This document shows, one piece after another, positions 18,758 to 32,659 of a DNA stretch of 64,000 nt. The notes beneath the pieces were generated by a model that was not told the origin of the DNA, made no database searches, and was given only the letters and a program-made list of their open reading frames with translations. How positions within the stretch are numbered: the first letter of the stretch is position 1; every line of letters starts with the position of its first letter. Source of the stretch: Eledone cirrhosa (Eukaryota). The stretch is taken from assembly GCA_964016885.1 (NCBI GenBank), contig OZ024740.1, positions 187,860,001 through 187,924,000 of the forward strand. The letters are read 5' to 3'. Both the position numbers and the translations under genes were made by a program.

Positions 18758-19968
18758 ATAAGGTGACACCAATTCTTAATAAGCTGGTATTTTCTGTTGT
18801 TCTTCAAATTAGCTTAAAATTCCAATTTTGATATGCACATTTTCAATTTGAAGCAATTTGACAAATTCAGAATATTGTAAAATGCAATTATTCGTGAACT
18901 ACTCCACTATCTAATGGCTAGAACTCTGTTCTTGGACAACGTCATTGCTATTAACAGTTAAAAGCAAATATTGATATCTTGACAGAAAATTCCTTGTGGT
19001 TAGCACAATGGATGATGTGTTTGTTATTGTATGCTACAAAAGTAATTAAAACATTTTAAATATTTATTTGTTGCTTTTCAAAGAGTTGAAATTGCATTTT
19101 CAGCAGACAAAGCTGTATGTGTTATCAAACATGTCTCGAACATGTACATCAACGAGACATATGGCTGTTATTACAAGTACTTCAGAATACTGGACATATT
19201 TTTGTAAGATGACAGAGATCAATGCGAACTTAAAAGTATGCTACAAAATGAAAGGGTTGTATTTTTGATGCCAGAAAATATTAGGTATTCAAATATGCAA
19301 AACATTCGTAGACTATTGTAACAACCGAATCTTAATGCAGTGTATGTGATCTGTAGAAATTTGATAATTAAACATGCATCTTATCAAGGATGCACAAATC
19401 TTGTTCTCATACTAAGAGTTGCACGGAATGTCCTGTAACTTATCTGTAAAAAATTGCAGTAAATTATCATTATCATTATCACATCTTTGACACTACAAGT
19501 GATTTATATACCACAACATTTGTCTTCACCACTCACCTTCATTTTCATCTTAATTGACATACTATTTCTATTCCTCAGCAGTTTTATTTATATTTGACTT
19601 ATATTTTGTAATATCATTTGGAAACTAACTATTCACACTAATCTTTTGTTAATGGGAACTCTTATTGTTAAATGTTTCTTGTGTGAAAATATGTATATAC
19701 ATGTGTGTGTATATTAGACAAACACACACAAAATGATTTCTTACATAGAAGAAATATTAATTAGCAATTGCAGTGAACAATTTACAAATTACATTAGAAA
19801 ATACAAATATCCATCATCATCATACGAATATGTATGTATGTACGTCCGTATGTATGTATATGTATGTACGTCTGTGTGTATATGTATGTACATATGTATG
19901 TATATATATATGTATGTATATGTATGTATATATTTGTATGTATATGTATGTATATATATGTATATATG

Positions 19969-20055
<87 letters not shown>

Positions 20056-20247
20056 TTTGAGTATATGTTGGTTGTATACCAACACCTCAGTATGCAGATT
20101 GGAGCACTCGACGAAGTGCGCAGGTTGGTCATATGATTCCAGTTCCTCAGTGAGAAAACAACCCAACCAGGAACTGTGCATATCAGAGTATTGACAAAGT
20201 TAAACACCTCAACAACATGTGTACTCGTCTCTACCACACTAATTCGG

Positions 20248-20302
20248 ACTGCCCGAAGAGGTCACAACCAAAGATGGCTGTCAACGTAATATATATAGCA
20301 GT
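20248..20302 (+). ncRNA. Decayed type I hammerhead fold in a (TA)-flanked mini-element (~20052-20350)
   Basis: Stem I ACTGC/GCAGT, core CCGAAGA (for CTGANGA), stem II ACAACCA-AAGA-TGGCTGT, GTAA (for GAAA), palindromic stem III ATATATAT, AUA site. Confidence 0.55.
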
Positions 20303-20348
20303 AATAGACGAAGCCAAATTTTTTACATTTGACTTATTTATTTTAGTT

Positions 20349-20396
<48 letters not shown>

Positions 20397-20614
20397 TAAA
20401 AAAACAGATTAAAGTTTAAGCAAAGAATCGCTGCTTTCACCCTTAACGGGATCTTCTTTGGATTTTAGTCTTCAAATTTATTATTATTACTATATATATA
20501 TATATATATATATATCAAAGAGGGATGAGTTGCATAACGTTCAGTGCTATTCCTAATATTACATCATGGCTAGCTATACGGAATGACCAGTTCTATCTGT
20601 GGTTAACCAGCAAA

Positions 20615-20664
<50 letters not shown>

Positions 20665-21844
20665 AAATAGGCAGAAATGTTACGAGTGAAAATATGTTTT
20701 GATAAAGTTTGATTCACTACAGCAAATTATCATGATCGTCTCTTTTCTCTCTTGTTTCTTGAATCCTTACTCCTAGACACTTGTTTTTATTATTCAACTC
20801 AATCTTAAGGTTTTTGTATTTTTGTGACATTAGGTTTGTGCTGTAAGTTGATTTGAAGATGATGAAGTTGTGGTTTGTTCATACTTGATGGTGCTATTTT
20901 AACTAAACTCACAGTATCAATTTGCCTTTTTGTTATTGTATGTCTTTACTTTTGACCTATCTCCCATAATCTTTCTCTCATCTTTCTTAAATAGATTTAA
21001 GCATCTTAAATGTCTTCATGTAAATGATAAGCTAAATATATCCTCCACATAATTTTTTCTCTAGTGTAAAAATCATTCTTTTATAATCCGGTCTTACAGC
21101 CTCATTTAGGCACTTTACTTTTCTACTTACTTCAATTGTATAGCACATCGTAAAATCCAAATAAATATAAAATGTCATGTTATTGTTTTGTCAAACAGCT
21201 TATTTCATTATTTAGACGTAAAGCTTATTGTATTATTTAGCTTTAAGAGAACAGTAGTTAAAGGATAATCAATGCAAGCTCTCATGAAATACAGCCATCA
21301 CAAATATCATTACATCAAAAGTGATATTTGAATATATCTTCATGATTGTTTTTGCTAGGAGTCTATCATTATTTATCAAAATCCTTAACAAATATTCTTA
21401 GATGTTAGTAGTTTTTCATTGATCTTGCCTAAAGATCAAGAGATTTTATTATTAGCTATATATTGACTTATATCCTTATTATCTTATGTTATTGCAATTT
21501 ATATTATTGCAATATATTTAATTAAGATTAAGTTTTATTTTTGAGTATGCTACAGGGATCAGATGAATAAATAGGTAAAATATTTTACAGTCTGCGATCA
21601 ATGAAATTTTATATACATTCATAAAATGATAAAAATTGTATGTCATGTGACGTTATTAAATTTTGTATGTAAATATTTTGTTTGCCCTCAGTTATTCAAC
21701 ATATTAAGCTCTGTTTTTATATTATATCAACAGTAATCTAGTTTTGCCAACTGAATAGAATATGCTTCTTTGATTGGTATAATAATTGCTAATAGTATAA
21801 TATGGAGTAGTATTATTGGTATAGCATAATTATTTGTATAGCAT

Positions 21845-22038
21845 GAGGGCAGCGGATGGCAGTATCGGTAGAGGGTCTGATGCCATGCTTTGCAGCAAAG
21901 AGTTAAGGCCCTTGCCATTCTGAGTTCAAATCCCACCGAGGTTAACTTTGCCTTTCATTATTACGGGGTCGATAAAATAAAGTACCAGTAATACACTGAG
22001 ATAATTGCTGGCCTTGTGCCAAAAGTAGAAACAATTAT
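21845..22038 (+). mobile_element. SINE, full length with TSD
   Basis: tRNA-like head plus core. Flanked by the direct repeat AATTATTTGTATAGCAT (21828-21844 and 22033-22049). Confidence 0.92.
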
Positions 22039-22984
22039 TTGTATAGCATAATGTAATCCATAGGTTTAGGTTTTTCATTAGATGAATGTATTCTTTCTCT
22101 AAATTCATGTTTGGTTTTCTTAGTAGGGTGTTTTGTAAATTCTGACCTTATATGTTAACAAAGCAGATGTATTCTGTTCTCATTGCTTGGTCCTAGGTTA
22201 AACCAAATCAAATGACTATCATGTAATTTTTGTATATCTAGAACTACATTATTTTAAATATCTTTCTTCAAGATAGTAGCCACTGATTTGCAAGTAAAAC
22301 GACTGAGAGGCTCCACCTATGGCTGGAATGTATTTCATCTTAGTAGATAGAGATACATGACAGTAGATATTTTTTGATAGATGCAATGTTACTTTAGCTG
22401 TACTTGACACCAAACCTTTCTCCTTTTGTGTGACTTCTCTTCCTCTTCTTAAATATTGACTGTAAGCCCAAGAATTTGAAACTTATGGTTATTTATAGTA
22501 CTGTTTTAATTTTGGATGCATGAAGTTTGCTCTTTTTTCCTATTTTTATTAAAGGGAAAAAAACCTAAGGGCATTGTTATGGATTTAGCTCTAATTTCAC
22601 TGCCAGAAATAGATGAGAGATATATTGCTTTTTTTAAAGACAACAGTCTGTTTCTGATAACAATCCCATGTATCTATTTCCTACACCTAAATGAAATTCA
22701 ATAACATAGAATAAAGTGTTTTGCACAAATCACAAAACAAAGCTCTAGCAATCTATTTGAATTCATGTTCCTTAAGCAAATACCATACCCATTCAAGATA
22801 AAGTTGTATGATTTAGGAATTCCTAATCTATTTCATAACCTCAATGGCAATTCAATACTATTGTTTAAAACGACCTGAATAGGTTCTAGAAATGTAAGAA
22901 CTCAAAGGCCCATTGAAATAAAATTGATTGACTGATTTCACTTTTCATGCTTCACAGTGAATAAGAAATTGGAAACCAGAAAAG

Positions 22985-23590
22985 CCATTTGGCTGCTCGA
23001 GAAAAGGTCTGAGAAGGTGTTACCTCATAACACCTCACCTCTAAACAACAAATGCTCATGTGTTTTCTCTACCATAGCATTGAACTCAGGGAGACAATTT
23101 CAGTGGCCATGAAAAAACACTAGCCTGAAGATCCTGGAAGTGTGTGGAAATGTAAATATCGTTACTACAATGGAAAAAGAAAAAACATCTGCACTTCAAT
23201 CGAGAAATTATATAAGGAGTATCAAGAACTGAAAAATGAAAAATAACTGAGAAAGCAATTGCAAAGTGTGAAATTTGGAAAGGTGATCTCGAGGAAATGT
23301 TTGACATTGGAAGCCAAGACATTCTCGCATGAAAGGATGTCGCATCTGAAGACAAAACTTTCTTTGAGACCCCAGGGGAAAGATCGGATATCTTCATTCA
23401 TGACTGGGGTTGATGAGAGCTATTCAGTAAAAGGAAAAAAGATTTATGACATGAAATTAAGAAAGAGAAAGCAGGATGAAGAGGTCAAGATGTTTGAGAA
23501 AGTAGCTCTTGAAAGTTTGTTATCCAGGTCTGGTATTAGTGATGATGATGATAAAATTTTCAAGTCAGCAGAGCCCCGAAAATCACTGTG
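22985..23590 (+). pseudogene. Decayed N-terminal part of a DNA-transposon transposase (Sola2-like / 'Cc8K15.2-like'; family tentative)
   Basis: Across frameshifts: PSKQQMLMCFLYH..NICTSIEKLYKEYQELK..GDLEEMFDIGSQDIL*..EDKTFF..RISSFMTGVDE. This resembles the LPSxxQVL..KLY..LDxLFDI..EDxxFL..MxGVD pattern I recall for that family. Confidence 0.45.
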
Positions 23591-23624
23591 AATGAAGCTG
23601 ACTCTTAGCGCTACACTTGTTTAG

Positions 23625-23690
23625 TATAAAAAACAAGTTTGAATGGTATAAAAAACAAGTTTGAATTGGTATAAAAAAACAAGTTTGAAT
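23625..23690 (+). repeat. Three tandem ~22-bp repeats
   Basis: GTATAAAAAACAAGTTTGAAT occurs three times. Confidence 0.9.
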
Positions 23691-24199
23691 GTCTATACAT
23701 TTAATGTATTAGTGTAGTTTTTAAAGGAACTCTTTTTAAAACATTTATATAGTTCTTCATTCATATTGTTCTACATTGTCAAAATCCACTTGTCATGTAT
23801 ATATGTGCATATGTGTGCGAGTCATTTAAATGTCTCTTATAGTACCGTGTGTGTCTGTTAAATATTATAACCGAAAGTTGTTTGGTTTTCTTCAGTGTGT
23901 GGGCTACTTCTTTTGTTGTTAAATCCACCCCAATTATTCAGTTACTCTGATCGATGCTTTGAGTTGATATCCTTCTACTCAACACAATTATTTTACTTCT
24001 CCTTCTCTTGGCACTGCATTGACTTCTACTTTTGTCAAAGTTTTATATTGGTGTGACAATTTCTGTTAAAAAGATTCATTCTTGTTTTTATACCGACAAA
24101 TTCTTTGTTATTTAGAGACAAACGTTTTCTTTAGGCATTTATTTTGATTTTTGTTTTTTTGCTATACCATATTATGTGTATTGTGTAACCCTAACATAA

Positions 24200-24340
24200 A
24201 ACGTGGCATCCACAAGAAGGCTAGGATATTTGACTGACAACAAAACCTCCATCATTAGCAAGCTTGAACAACTATATCACAGATGCACTGTTTCTTCTCT
24301 CTATCTCTGTTGGAACTACTACAACTCCTCTGCTTCTCAT
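24200..24340 (+). mobile_element. Old CR1/Jockey-group LINE 3' ORF remnant
   Basis: KLEQLYHRCTVSSLYLCWNYY resembles the LxxLxHRRxVxSLxLxYxYY motif downstream of RT. Confidence 0.45.
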
Positions 24341-25870
24341 CCTATTCCTATCAGTTACTCTGTCTCATACCGAATCTTACTTCTTTAAATATCTATTAAA
24401 AATAATTTAATCTTGATCCTTTTTTCTTATTCCTCTTTTCATTTCCATTTTTTCTTCGTATTTTTGTTCCCTTTAATAATGTGTTTTGTTTGTGTAAACA
24501 ACTTTGTAAAATATAATCTGCATAGTTTTCAGAACTACCTCTACAAAAAATCTTTATCAAAGCAAAAATAAATTAACAATTCTTTATTATATTCTAATGA
24601 AATTCATTGACTATGATTTTCAAATTATTTGAAAATAAAGAATTTTGTGGGAATTAGGGAAATAATGAACTTTGTCGTTATTGAGTTGGTGTTTGGACCA
24701 TAACTTAACAAAGATTCTAACATAAAATTAGGATGGAAGTATTTTAGACAAATATAAACACTTTAAAATTAACATCTTTGTATTGAATAACCAGTTACAG
24801 TGTCAGGTGATGTGGTGTGGTAACAAAGGAATTACGAACAGAGATTATGAAACATATTCATCTAACCTATGCAAGAATAAAAAATACAAGCCATTTTGAT
24901 CTGTATAATTATTCAAAAATCTTTGCAAATTACAAGATACTGAAACAAACAAGTATTTCTCATATACTGAATAAAGTAAACTGTTTGTGTAATTTGAAAT
25001 GTCAAAATGTTTCCTCTTTCATTGTTGAACATTTTCAAATATCAATAAACAGTGTGGTGATATAAACAATAATTGTCAGTTGAAAGAAACTTTCATAAAA
25101 TTCTCTCTTGAAGTCCTTAATAGATACTTAAATTTAATCCTGAAGTTTTATTGAATATTCTCAAAACAAAAGGAAGTAAACAAGTTTGTTCTTTAAATAT
25201 CTCACTTCCAATAGCATTCATATAATGACTATAATTGTAAAAAAAGAACACAAATAGTTTTGCTATATCCTTTTCTGTCTAATAAATGTTCAGATGCATG
25301 TTTCCCCTCACATCATACACTAGAGGGAAAGACACCCTCTCCCTCTCTCCTTATAATATATATATATATATATGTATGATAAATTATAGCAAGAGAGGGA
25401 GAGAGTATGCATATTTATCCCACTCTCTACGGTATTTCCTTTCCACTTCATTGCTCTTCTCAATAATGTGAAGGTCATGTATGCAACAATTTCATTAATG
25501 TTGCATGTTCAATTCTGACAACTATTTATAGGGAGAAAATATACACATTTTAGTGTCTTTACAATATAATTTGTAGAAGCCTTTTCAATGTTTTACTTTA
25601 GAAGTTGGCATTTGTTTATATGCTTTGATTATTACTGTTTGTAGATTTTGTCATTAATAAACATATCTCATCATCATTGTATATCCAGTTTCCATGCTGA
25701 CATGAGTTTAATTGTTATAATCCAAGACAAGATGGGTTGAGGAATCATGTTTTGTTCATATATTTTATTTTGAGTATGGTTTCCACAGCCAAATGCTCTT
25801 TGTAATGGTAACTAAATTTACAGAGTAGAATGAGTGCATTTTACATTGTATTACATATAAATGAATAATA

Positions 25871-26061
25871 GTTGTTTCTACTTTTGGCACAAGGCCAGCA
25901 ATTACCCAGTGCATTAGTCAGTACTTTATTTTATCGACCCCATAAGGATGAAAGGCAGAGTTAACCTTCGCGGAATTTGAAGTCAGATCATAAAGGGGTG
26001 TAAGTCTTTGCTGCAAAGCATGGCATCCAACCCTCTACTGATACTACCAATCCACCACCTT
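25871..26061 (-). mobile_element. SINE, full length with TSD
   Basis: Flanked by CATATAAATGAATAATA (25854-25870 and 26062-26078). Confidence 0.92.
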
Positions 26062-26267
26062 CATATAAATGAATAATAATGATTGATAATGAGGGTGTTG
26101 ATTATGAGGGGGAGAATGATCCACACAAATAAGAATGTGTCTTGGCTATTATTTAGACTCATATCACATCTCTCTCTCTCTATGTATATATATATATGAA
26201 ATGAAATGAATGAAAAACCAAGGCTGGATTCCAAATATTAATTTAATGTTGCAATATTTAATTTAAT

Positions 26268-26457
26268 GAGGCGGTGGATTGGCAGTATTGGTAGAGAGTC
26301 AGACGCCATGCTTTCTAGCATAGTTACGTCCCTTTACGATCTGAGTTCAAATCCCGCCGAGGTTGACTTTGCCTTTCATCCTTACGGGGTCGATAAAATA
26401 AAGTACCAGTAATGCACTGGGTAATTGCTGGCCTTGTGCCTAAAGTAGAAACAATTA
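26268..26457 (+). mobile_element. SINE, full length with TSD
   Basis: ATTAATTTAATGTTGCA occurs at 26237-26253 and 26454-26470. Confidence 0.92.
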
Positions 26458-27064
26458 ATTTAATGTTGCATAAATACAACATTAAAAGAATATTTTGAAG
26501 GTGGCCTTATTTTTTTCATTAAAGTATTTAACTGTGTACTTTCCCCAAGATACTACATCTACAATGGATAATACAATGGATGCTTTTTGCATCATGATCT
26601 GCTTATCAGAATGACTAGATTAATCAAACCATCCAACTTAAATGGAGTATATATATATGCAAAACACATGTGACAGATTAATACACGATAAAAACATAAA
26701 TACATGTAAACAAAACCTCATCATTTTTCTTACTATATACACTGTGCCTGTGTATCTAGTGCTCGTACTGGTACCACAACCAGTAATTCAATGCATTACC
26801 TACACCATCATGAACAGTGTTTTGACCTTGAGTGATACGCTCAAAACAATAAAAACAATGAAACAATAAAAACAAAACACATACACACAATCACATGTCC
26901 TCATTTTTCTATTTTTTATTTTCTAATTTATCTACTAATTCTCTTCTGATGAAGGGCTAAATGTTTCACTTTTTTCTCTTTCATCAAAAGTGTGAACCTT
27001 TTAACACTATTTGTTCTTGCAGCATTGCTTTTGTCATTTTTAAAAATTTTATATATATATATAT

Positions 27065-27220
27065 ATTAAAATAACAGATTAAAGTTTAAGCAAAGAATCG
27101 CTGCTTTCACCCTTAATGGGATCTTCTGAATTGTTTGCTCTGTGGTTCTTATATATTTGATATATATTTATCCTTACCGAGCCCTCTTCGGATTTTAGTC
27201 TTTACACTTATTATTATTAC
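27065..27220 (-). mobile_element. (TA)-flanked mini-element with a degenerate hammerhead-like fold; internally deleted copy at ~20395-20490
   Basis: Minus strand AGCAAACAAT-TCAGAAGA-T-CCC(ATTAA)GGG-T-GAAAGCAGCG-ATTCTTTGCT. Ends are near-identical in both copies. Confidence 0.55.
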
Positions 27221-27228
27221 TATATATA

Positions 27229-27635
27229 TATGAGGGTCAGCCTAAATGTTCATAGGCTGGCCAAGACACACTCATGGAATGTGACTAAATGACGTTTATT
27301 TTTCAATATAATCCCCTTTTCAGTCTATATACTTCTTCCATTGGTGTTGCAGTGCTGGGATTCCATTGGTGAAGACGCTTTCATCATTCTGTTGGTAATA
27401 AAGCTATCAACAGCAGATATGAAGGCATCACCACTGCAATAGTGGTTCCTAGACAAGTGTTTTTGTATGTTGGGACCATATAATAGTCAGATGGGACATA
27501 ATCAGGGAAATAAGGATGGTGATCAAACCAGTTGAAAGCCACAGTCATGCATAGCAGCCATTGAAACCAAGGACCTTTCTCATGAAACAAGACCCCTTTC
27601 AGCAGTTTTTCTGGGCATTTGATCTTGATAGCCTT
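27229..27635 (-). mobile_element. Mariner (Tc1/mariner) transposon 3' remnant
   Basis: HHPYFPDYVPSDYYM is a decayed HPPYSPDLAPSDY motif. TIR-like TATGAGGGTCAGCCTAAATGTTCAT next to TA. Confidence 0.8.
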
Positions 27636-27649
27636 TTGTTTCTGTGGGC

Positions 27650-28780
27650 ATAATAATAATGAAATTATTGTGAACAGTGCTCAGGTGCACTACAACTCGT
27701 CAAAGGTGCATGTGTAGTACATAGAATAATATACAAATGTCAGGGAAGTGAATAGTGTATGAGTCATGATATACATGTGTGAGTGTGTATAGAGAGGGAA
27801 TATTAAGTGTAGTGTTGGCGAGTCTCAGGAAGCATGGAGGTGTTAAAGGATGCAGTGTTTCGACAGCTAACAACTGATGCAGGCAGTTTGTTCCATGCTT
27901 CAGCAACTCTGAGCGTGAAAAATGTTTTCCAAAAGTCATGGGAGCTGTGCTGTTTTCTGACTTTGTGGGCATGCCCATGGGTGTTAGACACATGGAAATC
28001 AAAAAGGTATTCAGGGTTGTTGTTGGCAAGATGGTTAGTAATTTTGTGGGTGCTTACCAAGTCAGTTGCCAGACGTCTGAGCTTCAATGTATCCATGCCC
28101 AGGGAAGCAAGGCGTTCAGAGTATGGTAGATGCCTGATGGAGGGTATTTGCTTGGTTGCACGTCTCTGAACAGTTTCCAGGCGGTCAATGTTCTGAGCAG
28201 AAAAGGGGTTCCAGACTGGTGATGCAAATTCTATGTGTGGCCGCATCATAGCTATATATAGCTTTAAATAGATAGCTGGAGACTGGCTGACAAAGTTCTT
28301 GCTGAGTGATGCTAAGACACCCTCGGCCCTCTTGACAATTTTAGAGACGTGCTTCATCCAACGCAAATCGTTGCTGACTGTAATGCCCAGGTCACGTTCA
28401 CAAGAAGACTTCTTGATATTAATGTTGTGGAGGGAGTATGTGGACGGTGGGTTTTTACTCCCAAAATGCATGGTGGTACACTTGTCCACAGCTAGCTTGA
28501 GTTGCTTGTCTGTGATCCATTGTTGCATTGTGTCCAGGTCTGATTGCAGGAAAGATCTATGGTGTTTAGATCTGACCTTTTTATCTCAAGGTACAGCTTG
28601 ATGTCATCTGCATATTTCAGCACTGTGGCATTCTTTAAGTTGGCATCTGTCATTAATATATGCCACAAACAAAAGGGGGCCAAGATCAGATCCTGTGGTA
28701 CACCAGATGACATCTCATATGGTGAGGTATGCTGTCCTAGTATGGCCCTTTTGAAGACAGTCAATAAACACATATGAGAT
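27650..28780 (-). mobile_element. CR1-clade LINE 3' fragment
   Basis: SGVPQD(G)LIL, KYADD, CERDLGI, RPHIEFASPVWNP, LETVQRRATK, FFTLRVAEAWNKLP. 3' end ...TTCACAATAATTTCATTATTATTAT. Confidence 0.9.
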
Positions 28781-31704
28781 ATGTAGTAAATGACAGATAT
28801 GGTTTTTTTAAAAGCCAGTACAATGCAGTAAACAATATGAAGAGCAAATGATGGTATAGGAAACAAAACAAAACAAAATAAAGTAATGTTTTACCCAGTG
28901 GGTATGATACTTGGGCTAATATTGGCATGATATTTCAGGGCTAATACCCTCTATTACAGTGGTTATACTTGCATGTGTACCAAGCTCTTTAATCAGTCTT
29001 ACTTGCTAACAATTTGTGTCATATCCATGTACATTCTTTTTCGTTTTATCAATCTATTCATATTGAACATAAACATTGAAAACAATTTTGCATATTTTTG
29101 TGAAAAGATTCTTACACATTTCAAAGTTTCTCCTTACTTAGTAAACATTATTTATTTTTAGTTAGAGGTCAAATGACAAATTTAATTTCTTTGTTCTTCA
29201 TATTATGAATGTTTTATGTGGGTTTCATATTTTTGAAGGAATGTTTTCTAAACTTTATGTTATCTATAATGCTCTTGTGGCCAATTTGTCTAGGCTGACA
29301 GTGGCATATTCTGATTGGTTATTATTCATCATTTTGTAATGCAATTTGTGTGTATTTGTACATGATTATAATTGCTATTTATTTAATATGAACCCTATAA
29401 CCTCAGACAAAATGACTGCAGTAACATTACCCACTTTATAATATTGACTAAAAAACAAACAAAATTAATGTGAAACTTTCATATTAATTTTGTTTGTTCT
29501 GTATGTTTTATTGAAAGATAAAGAATAAATACAAATACCTCAATAGATTTTTATTTCAACACGGATGCTATCACGTTGCATCTATCCTTATTGATACATT
29601 TTATGTAATACATTTACATGTATACATGCATTTGTGTTTGTGAAGTAGTTGGGCAGTTTTACTATGGTGCAAAATGACACTGCCTTTTTTAAATTGATTA
29701 GTTTCTATAATTTATTGAATCTGTGTTAAACAAGTTATTTTAAATGGATCAAATTTAGGAAGGTTTGACTTTTATGTTGATAGAGATTATAAAATGTGAT
29801 AATCTATTAACTAATAGATTTTATACCTGATGAATAACCTTAATATGTATGAACATTTTTGTTGATGTTCACATTAGTATATATTAACACAATATAAAAA
29901 GAATAATTTATTGACCGTTTATTTATTTTAATTGAAATTAACTTAATATAGTATTAAGACTAACACAGACATCTATTTATTTTAAATCTCATTTGCTTTG
30001 TTTGATATTTTCAGATTAATAATTGATGTTTTATACATAAACATTAATTTAGTAGTTGGGGAGAAATCTCTGAAAGCTGCATATCTTGTACAGAATGAAA
30101 CATATGCTGTTGTCAAAACATAATTGTTTATTTTTATGTTTATCTTAGAAAGAAACTTTAATAGATTTTAAATAGGTTCAAAATGTTCAGTTATATTTTA
30201 TTTATTGCCTCATTAGGATATCATAGATCTACAATGTATTTAATTTCTTAAATACATTTTGTTATAAAATAACACATACAAACAGGTTTACATAGGAAAT
30301 ATGTATGTACAAGTAATTGTTGAAATGCTTAAGTGACAGGTCACACTTCGTCAATAGTTCTCTCTGTACATTTGTATCATCCATTCTTCATTGTTATTTC
30401 TCTGCCGTCATCACTCTCCCTTCCAGCACGTTTTATGCAAACGGTAATAATCAAGTCATTTTATAAAAACTATTAAGTTTCTTTCATTAAAATTTAGTAG
30501 ATTTTCTTTAGAGATGATCTACTTGACATTAAATCTTATATATTGGTGGTCTTCCAAACTTGAAAACTGGCAAACACATTCTTGATATTTTTGACATCAA
30601 AATGCATTCAATTACATTGGTTACATTAACTGCCATACTAAGAAGAAAACCTTTAACCACTTGCTCAAACTGATAGAAATAGCAGCAGAATTTGTCTCAA
30701 ATTACACCCTAGATAACGAAACAAAGTCCACATTGGATACAAACTGATCAAAAAGCTGAAAGATGGTTGTAACCTACATAGAGGTACATTATTGTTAAAC
30801 TTCAATTTATTCTTGTTTGTGCATATCTATGAACAAAAGCATGACTAATCTGTCTTCTTCAGGAGTCATGCTTTCGTTCATAGATATGCTTAAGCATGTA
30901 ATTTCAAAATTACCTACCTATATGTTGGTTATATCCATTGTTCATCAGTTTTCTCCCCATATTATATCAACTTTGGAGCAAATCAGGTGTACGTTACACC
31001 TCTGTCAATCTGTTTTTTACAATACTGATCCTTTTGTTGTTAGTTTGTAATCACATGACTATAGAAATGATATGACAGTTTCCATATATTATCTTCATTT
31101 AAATATAACCTTGACACCTGATGCACCCACCTTGGCCCTTTTCTGCATTTCAACTGTATTTTTCTATATAGTTCTTCTCTAGAACTGCAGCTACTTGGAA
31201 TGCCTTCTTAACCCATGTTCTTTCTCATGGAAAAATCATCCTATATAAACTACAGTGACCATACCAGCCTGGAAGGAAATACATAGATCAGGAATACTGT
31301 GTCTCTTCTTTTGACTAAAGAAAAACAAATTTAGCCTGACAGTAATAAAAAGCTGTAATTCCTTTTCTTATAAAGGCAAATCATTTCTTTAACAATGTTC
31401 AGGTAAAACATGTTAACATAAAATACTAAAAGGAATTTTCGTTTGGCTATTAATATTGACAGCAATAATAATATAGTAGTTTTTCAAAGTAAATGTTGTT
31501 AGTATTCACAACACATTTAGTTCCATTTTATGAACTAAGCTTTTGATGTGACAAAATATCCCATGAAAACTTCATCAAAAGTGCATATGAAAGCTGTATA
31601 AAATATGCATATTTCAAATTACCAATAAACAGTTGTGGAAAAGTGATATGTATAGACTAAAAGACTGTAATTAATGCCATGTCAACCTTGATTATGTAGA
31701 TCTC

Positions 31705-31795
31705 TTTGCCTTTCATCCTTACGGGGTCGATAAAATAAAGTACCAGTAATGCACTGGGTAATTGCTGGCCTTGTGCCAAAAGTAGAAACAATTAT
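31705..31795 (+). mobile_element. SINE, 5'-truncated
   Basis: Near-consensus core and tail. Confidence 0.88.
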
Positions 31796-32478
31796 TTTAG
31801 TTGTGGCCATCTTGTGTTTTTGTTTCACTGATAGAATATCTAAAAGTACATTATCTAATGTTTTTTTCTTTTCTTAAAATGGTTGAGTTTAATTTGAAAA
31901 TAATTTGGCTGTTAATCCTAGCAGATCAAGCAATTACATACATATTGCTTTGTTGGCTCAATGCGGAAAAATAGTTGTCAGTTCCCTCAAACCTTAACAA
32001 TCAACAAGATCCCAGACTTCATTCATTTACCACGTGTGGTGGAACTCGTCAAATCAGACTAATGAAACAATGTTTCCATTGGGCTTATAATATTTGATAG
32101 GCATTAAACTAAGAGAAATTCTGAAAGCAATGAGATAAGAATATTTAGAGATCTACAAACATTGACTGAGTGTGCATGAAGAATGGTTACAATTTTGCAG
32201 ATATGTAATACAAATAGATGATTCATGCTGGGGAAATCATATAGAATGATTTAATACAAAGATGATGTATTAAAGGCACACATAATCCTTGCTAGGATGA
32301 GCATGTAAATTTTGAAACTCTAATTATGATGATGGTGATAAGAAATAAATTTTATAGTTACAGAATAGGCAATTTAATTTCAAAAGTAAATATATTGTAG
32401 ATGAATACAAACCCAAAATTGTTTATATATATATATTTGGATATGTATATGTGTATATATGCACACATACATATCTAA

Positions 32479-32558
<80 letters not shown>

Positions 32559-32588
32559 AGATCAAAAGATGGTTAAAAGAGTTCCAAG

Positions 32589-32659
32589 TATTTTATTATG
32601 CGCATTTCAAAAACAAATATCATCATGGGATGATATCTGCGTTCTCATCAGATAAAATA
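32589..32659 (-). ncRNA. Type I hammerhead ribozyme, near-intact
   Basis: Minus strand TATTTTAT-CTGATGA-GAACGCAGATATCATC(CCAT)GATGATATTTGTTTTT-GAAA-TGCGCA-TA-ATAAAATA. It has an 8-bp stem I, a 16-position stem II, palindromic stem III ATGCGCAT and an AUA cleavage triplet. It lies within a (TA)-flanked element at 32550-32830. Confidence 0.85.

Noticed and set aside
22555-22704. Possible + strand exon (GKKPKGIVMDLALISLPEIDERY..) after a pyrimidine tract
   Set aside because: No convincing donor site and no recognisable homology
23625-23690. Short direct repeats resembling a CRISPR array
   Set aside because: Head-to-tail repeats with no spacers, no cas genes and a eukaryotic context
26945-27000. 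CTGATGAAGGGC hammerhead start; similar partial motifs at ~60955 and ~62992
   Set aside because: The remainder of the fold is missing or too decayed to call
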